This document shows positions 9,701-18,152 of a stretch of 64,000 nucleotides of DNA, piece by piece. The translations under genes were made by a program, and so were the position numbers. Source of the stretch: Nitrosopumilus sp. GTDB lineage: Archaea; Thermoproteota; Nitrososphaeria; Nitrososphaerales; Nitrosopumilaceae. Numbering within the stretch: position 1 is the first letter of the stretch; each line of letters starts with the position of its first letter. Below the pieces are notes generated by a model. That model worked only from the letters and a program-made list of their open reading frames with translations. It was not told where the DNA came from and searched no databases. Location: NCBI GenBank assembly GCA_965205215.1, contig OZ242041.1, positions 1,056,001-1,120,000 of the forward strand, read 5' to 3'.

Positions 9701-12059
9701 AGTGACAGGCTCAGATAGCCAGTACTACGTCACCGTCGCGTCGCCGCAGGCAGGCACGTATAACCTGGATATCGCGCAGGACAACGACATCGTGGACAGC
9801 TCCGGCCAAGCGCTGTCAAGCCCTGCCCCTACAGGCGACGACCAGTCCTACACGGTCACCGTTACACCACTGCCGGTTATCACGCTGGTCGGGACGCCGA
9901 CGGTGTCCATGCTGACTGGCTCCGCATACGCAGACGACGGCGCCACGTGCGATGACGGCAACGGCAACGACATCTCGTCCAAGCTGGTCACGGTAAATCC
10001 AGTAAACACGAGTGTAGCCGACACGTACACCATAACGTACGACTGTACGTCGGACTCCGGCAAATCCGCCGTACCGATGACCCGGACGGTGACCGTGTCA
10101 GAACCGCCGCCCTCCGTGGTATCCATCACCAGATACGACCCCGCCGTCGCCACCACCGACAGCGGCACGCTCGTGTTCAACGTGACGTTCAGCAAAACCG
10201 TGACCGGCGTGGACGCGGGAGACTTTGAGCTTGCCCCTGGCAGTCCAAACATCCTGAGATACGAATACTCCAGCTCACCGGCCCTGTACGTGCCGTACGA
10301 CGTGTACAAGAATGACACGATCACCGTCACCGACTCCGGCGCGGCCTCATCCGTGTCCGTGTCGGTGGACATCGAGCACGACTACATCGGCGACCTCCTG
10401 GTGCAGCTCGTGGCGCCCGACGGAACCGCTAGGACGCTGCACGACCACACCGGCGGCAGCGATGACGACATAACCGAGACCTACGAGGTGGACCTTGCCG
10501 GAACCGAGATAAACGGGAACTGGACGATGCGCCTCCACGACAACTACGATGCGGACGAGGGCACCCTGAACAGCTGGAACCTGACGCTCGGGGTGGACGC
10601 CGACCCTGAGATTTCAGTGACAGGCTCAGATAGCCAGTACTACGTCACCGTCGCGTCGCCGCAGGCAGGCACGTATAACCTGGATATCGCGCAGGACAAC
10701 GACATCGTGGACAGCTCCGGCCAAGCGCTGTCAAGTCCTGCCCCTACAGGCGACGACCAGTCCTATACTGTCACCACCTCGGTCCTGCCGGTTATCACGC
10801 TGGCCGGGCCGCCGACCGTACACGTACCAATCGGTTCCGCCTACGCAGACGCCGGCGCCACGTGCGATGACGGCAACGGCAACGACATCTCGTCCAGGCT
10901 GGTCACGACAAACCCCGTAAACGCGGATGTCGCCGACACGTACACCATAACGTACGACTGCACGTCGGACTCCGGCAGATCCGCCGTACCGATGACCCGG
11001 ACTGTAACCGTGTCGGATCCGCCGCCCTCCGTGGCGTCCATCACGAGGCACGACCCCGCCGTCGCCACCACCGACAGCGGCACGCTCGTGTTCAACGTGA
11101 CGTTCAGCAAAACCGTGACCGGCGTGGACGCGGGAGACTTTGAGCTTGCCCCTGGCAGTCCGGGCGCCAACCATCTGGTTCGCGCATACTCCAGCTCGCC
11201 GGCCCTGCACGTGCCGTACGACGCGTACACGACTGACACGATCACCGTCACCGCCTCCGGCGCGGCCTCGTCCGTGTCCGTGTCCGTGGACATCGAGCAC
11301 GAACACATCGGCGACCTCCTGGTGCAGCTCGTGGCGCCCGACGGAACCGCCAGGACGCTGCACGACCGCGCCGGCCGATCCTCTGACAACATAACCGAGA
11401 CCTACGAGGTGGACCTTGCCGGAACCGAGATAAACGGGAACTGGACGATGCGCCTCCACGACAACTACGATGCGGACGAGGGCACCCTGAACAGCTGGAG
11501 CCTGACGCTCGGGGTTGGTGTCGACCCAAACATTTCAGTGACAGGCTCGGATAGCCAGTACTACGTCACCGTCGCGTCGCCGCAGGCAGGCACGTACAAC
11601 CTGGACATCGCGCAGGACAACGACATCGTGGACAGCTCCGGCAGCGCGCTGTCGGGCCTTGCCCCTACAGGCGACGACCAGTCCTACACGGTCACCGCCA
11701 CGTCTGGATCCAAAACGTTCACGCGTACCAGCTCGCCGGCCCTGCACGTGCCGTACGACGCGTACACGACTGACACGATCACCGTCACCGCCTCCGGCGC
11801 GGCCTCGTCCGTGTCCGTGTCCGTGGACATCGAGCACGAACACATCGGCGACCTCCTGGTGCAGCTCGTGGCGCCCGACGGAACCACCAGGACGCTGCAC
11901 GACCGCGCCGGCCGATCCTCTGACAACATAGCCGAGACCTACGAGGTGGACCTTGCCGGAACCGAGATCAACGGAACATGGATGCTGCGCCTCCACGACA
12001 ACTACAACGGAGACGAGGGCACCCTGAACAGCTGGACACTTACGATCGACTACGGGTGA
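6720..12059 (+). CDS. Large surface protein: DUF285/BspA-like repeats, 4 Ig-like modules with inserted P-proprotein domains, 3 DUF5011-like domains, terminal P domain
   Basis: N-terminal hydrophobic segment; 'FNGDISGWNVSSV..M..MF' repeats; five 'VDIEH.YIGDL.VQLVAPDG...GTLNSW.L' P domains; 'PVITLAG...YADAGATCDD..GNDIS' x3; TTATTTAA at 6693-6700 supports ATG 6720. Confidence 0.9.
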   Translation: MYQKINVLTFPDLAAAAVGRARFRRQSSGWSLAVFVVLVAAAAAAGSFVLLPGLPGAPQAGDGGPEWRVPDALSAQDSGDAPARSFQGALAQALHAAGAAGAELPADFASATVWPELTGAPGHAALLPQAHAQTPDTGAFVTTWNTTGESIGTKSLAGIGFHIGVASGGQVTIDWGDGSPPQSYNASGYVNPYYIYDGPAVLRNSTVSISGDLTRFYFHYYDVARTFDTPKMLLSLDQWGDTKWSDMTEMFKGATNMQYRATDAPDLSSQPSVLNMFYNTYVDGDLSSWDVSPMTSTRYMFNKAYGFDGDLSSWDMSSVTDMTYMFSDAHAFNGDISGWNVSSVEHMTQMFQAATSFNGDISGWNVSSVEDMYAMFSGALAFNGDISGWNVSSVDSLHGMAYMFNFAHAFDRNLGPWFVVLEDTYVDHGGTIVASISPQVGFDTGVDNYNITGVDADHFTIMDGRLVLNSASDHHSKSEYHITITANTTEVNLISPAVENSISPTIRVNSPSQSAPTLGSITRHDPTVATTDSGTLVFNATFSKAVTGVDAGDFELAPGSPEADTLRYEYSSSPALYVPYNVYKNDTITVTDSGAASSVSVSVDIEHDYIGDLLVQLVAPDGTARTLHDRAGSGDDDITETYEVDFGGVEIGGDWAMRLHDNFNGDEGTLNSWNLTLGVDIDQVTSVTGSGSQYYVTVASPQAGTYNLDIAQDNDIVDGSGRALLGLAPTGDDQSYTVTTSVLPVITLAGSPTVSVPIGSAYADAGATCDDGNGNDISSRLVTTNPVNTDAADTYTVTYDCTSDSGKSAAQVTRTVTVSDPPPSVASITRHDPATATATDSGTLVFNVTFSEAVTGVDAGDFELAPGSPGADTLRYEYSSSPALYVPYDVYKNDTITVTDSGAASSVSVSVDIEHDYIGDLLVQLVAPDGTARTLHNHTGSNDDDITETYEVDLAGTEINGNWTMRLYDNFNGDEGTLNSWNLTLGVDADPEISVTGSDSQYYVTVASPQAGTYNLDIAQDNDIVDSSGQALSSPAPTGDDQSYTVTVTPLPVITLVGTPTVSMLTGSAYADDGATCDDGNGNDISSKLVTVNPVNTSVADTYTITYDCTSDSGKSAVPMTRTVTVSEPPPSVVSITRYDPAVATTDSGTLVFNVTFSKTVTGVDAGDFELAPGSPNILRYEYSSSPALYVPYDVYKNDTITVTDSGAASSVSVSVDIEHDYIGDLLVQLVAPDGTARTLHDHTGGSDDDITETYEVDLAGTEINGNWTMRLHDNYDADEGTLNSWNLTLGVDADPEISVTGSDSQYYVTVASPQAGTYNLDIAQDNDIVDSSGQALSSPAPTGDDQSYTVTTSVLPVITLAGPPTVHVPIGSAYADAGATCDDGNGNDISSRLVTTNPVNADVADTYTITYDCTSDSGRSAVPMTRTVTVSDPPPSVASITRHDPAVATTDSGTLVFNVTFSKTVTGVDAGDFELAPGSPGANHLVRAYSSSPALHVPYDAYTTDTITVTASGAASSVSVSVDIEHEHIGDLLVQLVAPDGTARTLHDRAGRSSDNITETYEVDLAGTEINGNWTMRLHDNYDADEGTLNSWSLTLGVGVDPNISVTGSDSQYYVTVASPQAGTYNLDIAQDNDIVDSSGSALSGLAPTGDDQSYTVTATSGSKTFTRTSSPALHVPYDAYTTDTITVTASGAASSVSVSVDIEHEHIGDLLVQLVAPDGTTRTLHDRAGRSSDNIAETYEVDLAGTEINGTWMLRLHDNYNGDEGTLNSWTLTIDYG
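8270..12050 (+). repeat. Intragenic ~900-bp tandem modules (about 4) plus a terminal duplicated P domain
   Basis: Near-identical DNA blocks begin near 8277, 9198, 10121 and 11037. Confidence 0.9.
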
Positions 12060-12378
12060 CATGTCTGAACAACCCGCCTCCGATGACCAAACTTGCAGGT
12101 TACAACGAGCATCGTCCTTTGGCGCTGTGACCGGCCAGAACCATACCAACTTGTGCGAGCAGGCGTATTCGAGGTGGTGCCTGTGTGGGTGCTGTAGAAC
12201 GCGCAGGCGGGGAGGTTGGGGGATCCGCGGATGGAAACCCCAGATCCTTCGACAAGCCGGTTGCAGGGAGGTCACTTGCCTTCCGCCGTCCAGCCCATTT
12301 TTCTACAGATCATTAAACCCGATTGCGCGCCCGCCACCGCTAGGTAGGTATATCAAACGAGGCCGCCGGCCCCGTGTG

Positions 12379-12858
12379 ATGGCTGCATTCTCGCAGATTA
12401 CCGCCGATTTACAGAGTCAGCTCAAGCGCGATCTGGCCCAGATAATGTTGCTGCTGAGGCGCAACCCCGCGCTGGGATACGCGCGCATAGTGGAGATCGG
12501 AAAAAAGGTAGGCCGCAAGTACAACATGAACCTGGTGGTGAACTTTCCAAAGGAGGGGCGCATAAACGAGTACGACATGTACGGCAGGCGCGACCTCAGC
12601 ATGATAATAGACTACGAGCGCAAACGGTTTCCGATAGACCGGGACGTGATAAAGTCAAGGGCCCGCGAGATATTCGGGGACTCTGTAAAGATACAGGACG
12701 CGTACATGTACGAGGACAAGGAGGGGGTGCGGGTGTATACGGAGGGGTGGAAGATAGACATCCTGCCCCACTCGCTGCACGTGTGGACCGTGTTCGACGA
12801 GCGCGTGACGGCCCTGTGCGACTGGCTGCTTGACGAGGTGTACGCGGTCAAGGCCTAG
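12379..12858 (+). CDS. Conserved hypothetical protein
   Basis: ATG at 12379 after an AT-rich box; globular composition; the upstream part of the listed ORF looks non-coding. Confidence 0.75.
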   Translation: MAAFSQITADLQSQLKRDLAQIMLLLRRNPALGYARIVEIGKKVGRKYNMNLVVNFPKEGRINEYDMYGRRDLSMIIDYERKRFPIDRDVIKSRAREIFGDSVKIQDAYMYEDKEGVRVYTEGWKIDILPHSLHVWTVFDERVTALCDWLLDEVYAVKA

Positions 12859-12882
12859 GGCGCCGCCCCCCGGCGGAGCCCG

Positions 12883-13230
12883 CTATACGCCCTGCAGCTC
12901 GTCGAGGAGCGCCTGCGCCTCCGCGTCGTCGGGGTCTGCCTCCAGGATGCGGCTGATCATCGTCAGGGCCTCCTCCTTTTGGCCCAGCGACAGGTGGGCG
13001 TTCGTCTTTAGCTTTAGCGCCTCCGCGTCGTCGGCCTTGAGGTCCAGGGCCTTCTCAAAGTACGTTATGGCGTTCTTCGCGTCCTCCACGATAAAGTACG
13101 CGCTCCCCATGATGAACATAAAGTCGTGATCCTTCTCGTACTTGGGTTCCAGCTGCCTGCCAAGCGCGATGGCCTCGCGGTACTCCCCGTCGGCAATCAT
13201 CTTTCTCATCTTTCTCTTGGGGTATAACAT
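12883..13230 (-). CDS. Tetratricopeptide repeat protein
   Basis: TPR pattern 'MGSAYF...AITYFEKALDLKADDAEAL', 'LGQKEEAL...ILEADPDDAEA'. Confidence 0.9.
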   Translation of the reverse strand: MLYPKRKMRKMIADGEYREAIALGRQLEPKYEKDHDFMFIMGSAYFIVEDAKNAITYFEKALDLKADDAEALKLKTNAHLSLGQKEEALTMISRILEADPDDAEAQALLDELQGV

Positions 13231-13272
13231 GTCCGTTCAGTCTCTCATGTCGTCGTCGCATCCGGCCGCCGG

Positions 13273-14850
13273 TCAGGATATTGTCATTATCCCGTTCTGT
13301 ATGAGGTACTGTATCCCCTGTACGAACGAGTTGTCGTCTATGAGGCCTTCTGCCCACCATCCGGCGTTGGTCTTTATCCAGCCGGGTATCTCAGCTGCCG
13401 CGTCGGTGCCGCTGCTGCCACTGCCCGGCTCCGTCGCCGGTATCTCTATTATTCCCTGCTTGATCAGGTACTGTATCCCCTGTACGAACGAGTTGTCGTC
13501 TATGAGGCCTTCTGCCCACCATCCGGCGTTGGTCTTTATCCAGTCGGGTATCTCCGCTGTTGTCTGTTCCGGATCTGGCTGGTCGCCGCCGCCCGCGCTT
13601 ACGTCGCCGGGATCCTGTATACCCAGCATTGGATTCTCGTATATTACAATTGGAATCTCCACATAGTCGACCGTATCGGGTGACGTGCGTATGTTCTCCG
13701 GCGACAGGCCGTACACCAATATTACATAGTTTGTCGTGCCGGGCTCCTCGTCTATGGGAATCTCAATCAGGTACTGCCCTGATGCCGAGTACAGGAACTG
13801 CTTCCCATCCTCTGCGGCAAGCGATCTTGCGAGCTTTTGTTCCTCGTCAAATGTCAATACGTCAAACTGCACTTGGTTTAGGAACTCGGTCTCGTCGTAC
13901 TTGCTGATGAACTTTATCAGCCACTCCATGCTGCACCCCTGCTTTGGATCCTCGGGGCCGTACGCCACGTGTATCTGGTACATCGCACCCACCGTGGATT
14001 TCTTGAACACGGTGTCCTTGTCAAAGCCCGTCTCGCATCCCTGGGCCGCCATGAGCTCCGTTGTTGGTATTACGTCTGCAAACGGGTCCTCCGTCACGCC
14101 CTCCTTGTAGTCCAGCAGTATGAACTCGTACTCGGTGGGGGGGATTCCCTCCGACACGTGCGTGTACGTCTTTGCCTTTATCGGGAACGGGAAGTCGTCG
14201 ACTATCCAGACGTTGCTTGACGCGCCGCCGGTCTTCCACCCTATGCGCACCGTCTCCCAGGTCTCTCCGGCGGCCCTCACGTCTTCCACTGCCAGGGGCA
14301 GCACCTGCTCGCCCCCTATGTTGCCTATCTTGCCCCACGAGGTGTCGCTGAATGCCTTTGGTCCCTTGCCGCCCTGGTCGCTGTCTGCAGTCGCGAATGC
14401 GGACAGCCACACCACGGAGGACTTGAACGCGCCGCGGTACACCCCCAGTTCTTCCGTACCGCCAGTGGGCTCTGGCGCGATCTTGCCCAGCTCCATGTTT
14501 CCCTTTGTTATACGGTTTCCGTCGTATACGACTACCTGCGCGAGCCATTTTGTCTCGCTGCCGACCTGTATGTCACCCTCTATCCACAAATCGAGTCTGA
14601 ACTTGGCGCATTCCTTGTAGTCCACGTGGCACATCGAGTATGAGAAATAGTCTCCGTGCTTGAGGCCCTCGCCTGCATGCCACGTGCCCTCCTTGTCCAC
14701 GCCGCCCGTCTGGAACTGGGCGTAGGCCTCGGGTACAAGGCCGCCCGCGCCTGCCGACGCCACAAGTAGCATTGATGCGGCCGCCATAACGGCATATGTC
14801 GTGGCAGTCGATCCCCTGACTGCCGCGCCGGCCAGACTGCAAATCTCCAA
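13273..14850 (-). CDS. Secreted protein with two C-terminal thaumarchaeal 'IPxWIKTNAGWWAEG' domains (often annotated as peptidase)
   Basis: Signal peptide ending 'PEAYAQ'; two 'WIKTNAGWWAEGLIDDNSFVQGIQYLI' repeats. Confidence 0.85.
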   Translation of the reverse strand: MEICSLAGAAVRGSTATTYAVMAAASMLLVASAGAGGLVPEAYAQFQTGGVDKEGTWHAGEGLKHGDYFSYSMCHVDYKECAKFRLDLWIEGDIQVGSETKWLAQVVVYDGNRITKGNMELGKIAPEPTGGTEELGVYRGAFKSSVVWLSAFATADSDQGGKGPKAFSDTSWGKIGNIGGEQVLPLAVEDVRAAGETWETVRIGWKTGGASSNVWIVDDFPFPIKAKTYTHVSEGIPPTEYEFILLDYKEGVTEDPFADVIPTTELMAAQGCETGFDKDTVFKKSTVGAMYQIHVAYGPEDPKQGCSMEWLIKFISKYDETEFLNQVQFDVLTFDEEQKLARSLAAEDGKQFLYSASGQYLIEIPIDEEPGTTNYVILVYGLSPENIRTSPDTVDYVEIPIVIYENPMLGIQDPGDVSAGGGDQPDPEQTTAEIPDWIKTNAGWWAEGLIDDNSFVQGIQYLIKQGIIEIPATEPGSGSSGTDAAAEIPGWIKTNAGWWAEGLIDDNSFVQGIQYLIQNGIMTIS

Positions 14851-15161
14851 GTTACTTCATTTTACGCAGTCGATTAGTTAAACCTTTTTTGCCCGTCTGC
14901 CGGACCAGGCCGGCAAGCGAAGAGAAAGATGCAGCCGTTCATCCCGTCCACGTGACTGCATCTGGACATGTGCGGTGGAACCTGCGACCAAACTCTTGTG
15001 GCCCCCCCTTACAGGTACGTTTTCCTTCCGATCATCCTCCCTCCTGCTCTCTGCAGGCGGCAGGCGCCATTTCCGTCTGCGGAGAGCGCCGCTGATGCAA
15101 CATATAGGATCTGGTGCACGGCACAGTGTGTGTCAAGGACGCGGCTGCCGGCGCCCCGGGG

Positions 15162-16700
15162 TCATCTGCAGACTAGGGTGCGCTGCGTGTCAGCTGGCTC
15201 GTTGATGAACAAGGTGACGGGTGCAGAGTTGCCGGACATTCCAGTGCTGTCTGAGGCGATGGCAGATATGAAGTGCAGTCCGTTTGGAACCTCGAGTTCA
15301 GCCGACCATGCACCGCTGCCGTCTGCGGTGGCGGTGGCGATCTCCGTCACATAGTTGACTATTGAAATGTCGGCGCCGGAGCGGGCAGTCCCGGATATAG
15401 TGATGGTGCCGTCTGCGTGTGTCGAGATCGGGCCCGGACTGCTTATGACGGGCCTCTCCGTTATGGTCGCGCCAGAATCCACGTATACGAGTGACAACAG
15501 AGAGTGTCCGGACTCTTGGCTGCCGCGAAAGGATGTTGCCGTAAGCGTGTGGAACCCGTCTGCAAGATCTACTGTCATGGACCACGCTCCAGAACTGTCC
15601 GCAATGGTCGTGCCTATGGGCGCAATGTCCAGTCCGGTTACCATGACGACGGTATTTGGCGCGGCCGTCCCGCGTATCACTACGCCGTCACCGTCAGTTA
15701 TAAGGGCGCCAGTGCCAGGTGACGCAATCGTGGGTATCTGAAGTTCGCCGGGGGCGTGTCCGTCACCTAGGCTGACGTAGACTAGGAACGGGTCGGAATG
15801 AAGCGGCCTAGAGTCGGCTGTTGTGGAAATGGCAAAGAAGATGTGTATGCCGTCGGCGTTGGTGGCCTGAACGGACCACGCCCCGTCCGCATCGGCAACG
15901 TCCCTGCCCACCTCTCCGGTAAACAGGTCCGAAATTACGATCAAGGCTCCCGGTGCCGACGTACCTGTTACCGTAAACGTGTTGCCCGGTACGGCGGCCC
16001 CGCTGACCGGGGACGTCACGACGGGGTGTCCGGGAGTGGTCGGCATGCCGTCGGTTATGAACATAGTGACTGTGTCCGTGCCCAAGATCGTTGGGACGCC
16101 ACCTGCGATCGACGTTGCAAGGGCGGTAAAGGTGTGCATGCCGTCGTTGTGACCAAACTCTGCCGACCACGTGCCATCGAGGCCGGCAGCTGTCGTGGCC
16201 AGGCTGGTTCTGGTAAGATCAAGTATGCTGACAAGGGTGCCCGGATCTGCCGTCCCGCTTATGGAGACCGTCTCGCCGGTCAATATGTGGCCGTGGGTGG
16301 GGGACGTGATGCTGATTGCGGGTTCTGGTGCCCGGAAGTCGTCGTTGCCACTGACGGTTATTACCAGTGGGGTCGACCGCACCAAAATGTTCAGATTACT
16401 GGGATCCGGAAACGTACTCGCTACTATGGTGTGCCCGCCGTTTGGCAGCATGACCTCGACTGACCATGGACCGCCTGGCGTGAGGACCACCGCGCTTCCA
16501 AGCACCGTTGTCAGGGACGGATCACTCACAACGACCAGTCCGGGCGCCGAGGTTCCGGATACGGTAAACGTGTTCGATGTGATGACCTCGTTGGGTGCGT
16601 GGGACGTGATTGTCGGTGCGGGAACCGTCTGCGCGTATGCAGTAGAGCCGAAGAGGCCCGCGCAGACCGCGATTGCCAAAAGCGCCAAGATTGCTCTCAT
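15162..16700 (-). CDS. Secreted protein with 5 bacterial Ig-like repeats
   Basis: Signal peptide 'AYAQ'; five ~95-aa repeats 'SGT..PG..V...AD..G.WS......G.H'. Confidence 0.85.
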   Translation of the reverse strand: MRAILALLAIAVCAGLFGSTAYAQTVPAPTITSHAPNEVITSNTFTVSGTSAPGLVVVSDPSLTTVLGSAVVLTPGGPWSVEVMLPNGGHTIVASTFPDPSNLNILVRSTPLVITVSGNDDFRAPEPAISITSPTHGHILTGETVSISGTADPGTLVSILDLTRTSLATTAAGLDGTWSAEFGHNDGMHTFTALATSIAGGVPTILGTDTVTMFITDGMPTTPGHPVVTSPVSGAAVPGNTFTVTGTSAPGALIVISDLFTGEVGRDVADADGAWSVQATNADGIHIFFAISTTADSRPLHSDPFLVYVSLGDGHAPGELQIPTIASPGTGALITDGDGVVIRGTAAPNTVVMVTGLDIAPIGTTIADSSGAWSMTVDLADGFHTLTATSFRGSQESGHSLLSLVYVDSGATITERPVISSPGPISTHADGTITISGTARSGADISIVNYVTEIATATADGSGAWSAELEVPNGLHFISAIASDSTGMSGNSAPVTLFINEPADTQRTLVCR

Positions 16701-17000
16701 TTCTTACTTGTATCGTTAAATGCTCGTATAAAAGCATTGATGAAAGTGTACATTATCTGGACGGCAGTTGATTCCTGCCAAATGCCGGCGCATTTTCCGC
16801 CGCCTGCCGCACTGCATGGGCGTGGACGGCAAACGGTTGTCGGTTCGGGCTTCTGTTCCTCTCCTCTCCAATACACACACCCGCACCGGTGAGCATATGG
16901 CAGGAGGCGTGTCCGGTTCTTGACAGGGAGTGAACGGATACAAAAGGCATGCTTGCCGCCTTCGTATAGGCAAATATAGCAGTGCCATGCACCCGATCGT

Positions 17001-17165
17001 ATGTGCGAATGCTCAAAGGTGCACCTCTTCGAGGTCGAGTTCAAGCTGGACGGCCTGGTGGTCGTACCCACGCACAAGAACTGCGGGTTCGCGCTTGACG
17101 AAAAGCAGGCAGAAAAGTTCCAAAAGGCACTGGTAAAGTCATGGGGCATGGAAGTCGAAGAGTAG
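17001..17165 (+). CDS. Small Cys/His protein (54 aa), not in the ORF track
   Basis: Manual translation MCECSKVHLFEVEFKLDGLVVVPTHKNCGFALDEKQAEKFQKALVKSWGMEVEE*; AAATATA about 25 nt upstream. Confidence 0.75.
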   Translation: MCECSKVHLFEVEFKLDGLVVVPTHKNCGFALDEKQAEKFQKALVKSWGMEVEE

Positions 17166-17244
17166 GCCGCGGACGCGCCACGTATCTGCAATGCCCGATT
17201 CGGCGCATCGACATCCTTTAAAGCTGCATGTCCGGACTGTTGTC

Positions 17245-17376
17245 ATGAAGGCAAGGTTTGCAAGTACGTGCCCGGCGTGCAATGACGCCATAAAGGTGGG
17301 CAGGGAGATAGCAAAGAACTCCGAGGACAAGTGGGTTCACAAGGCGTGCTCTGACATTGAAGAGGAGCTTCCCTGA
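17245..17376 (+). CDS. Small zinc-finger-like protein (43 aa)
   Basis: MKARFASTCPACNDAIKVG...WVHKAC (CxxC...HxxC); TTTAAA about 25 nt upstream. Confidence 0.75.
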   Translation: MKARFASTCPACNDAIKVGREIAKNSEDKWVHKACSDIEEELP

Positions 17377-17549
17377 CTCCCGGGCGCGTGCGCGGTACTG
17401 TTCTGACACCACCACAACTTGGAGGACAGGTTCTTGCACGCGGCGTGCATCTTGGAGCGTCACGTGGTACGGGGCGCGGCGCGTGCCCTGCGCGGCGGGC
17501 CGCCTGCATTCTGAACAAGTTATTTAAGTGAGGCTTCCAACCTACCGGC

Positions 17550-18002
17550 ATGGGCAGAAGCATTATGCTATTTGCAATCGTGGCCTCCATTGCCGCAGTC
17601 GGCGCCGTGTCTGTGACGGCCCCGGGCGACGCCATGGCGCACCCGTATCATCAGGGCGTGACAACCACGCCGATCAACGACGAGATCAGCATACAAAAGA
17701 CCGACGTGGTACTCAGCGTGCCTTCTGACAACGCGCTCCCGTGGGGGTTTGTGACAGGCCAGGCCTCTGAGCATGTGGCGGACTATCCCGTAATCATACA
17801 GTTCTACCAGGATGGCGAGCCCGTGCACATGGCGCAGGTCGACGTTAACGAGGACGGTTCCTACGAGTACCAGTTCAGGGTACTGTCAGTGGACCTCGAG
17901 ACGGGGCACACGACGCACATCTTTGAGGGCGACTATCTGGTGTCTATATTCAAGGTGGTTCCGACAGCGGCGCCGCCGGTTCCGATTGCCGGAACCGTCT
18001 AG
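17550..18002 (+). CDS. Secreted hypothetical protein
   Basis: Signal peptide, beta-rich body; TTATTTAAG box upstream. Confidence 0.8.
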   Translation: MGRSIMLFAIVASIAAVGAVSVTAPGDAMAHPYHQGVTTTPINDEISIQKTDVVLSVPSDNALPWGFVTGQASEHVADYPVIIQFYQDGEPVHMAQVDVNEDGSYEYQFRVLSVDLETGHTTHIFEGDYLVSIFKVVPTAAPPVPIAGTV

Positions 18003-18152
18003 ATCATTCTTTGCAGTCTTTTGCATCCTTTTTTTTTCGCACCTGTTTTTCACCTGGCCCTTCCCTTTCCATTCTTGCGGGCGCGATGCCGCCTGCGCCC
18101 CCTCCATTGTGTTTGGTTTTTTAATGGCCGCATGGGCGCCCACGTGTTGGGC

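Noticed and set aside
8270-12059. Diversity-generating retroelement template/variable repeat pair
   Set aside because: No reverse transcriptase in the window, all copies are in-frame coding modules, and the differences do not look adenine-specific by eye
16743-16753. AAAGTGTACAT shared with the 28-bp repeat at 51546
   Set aside because: Only 11 bp match and the flanks differ; compatible with chance in an AT-rich promoter
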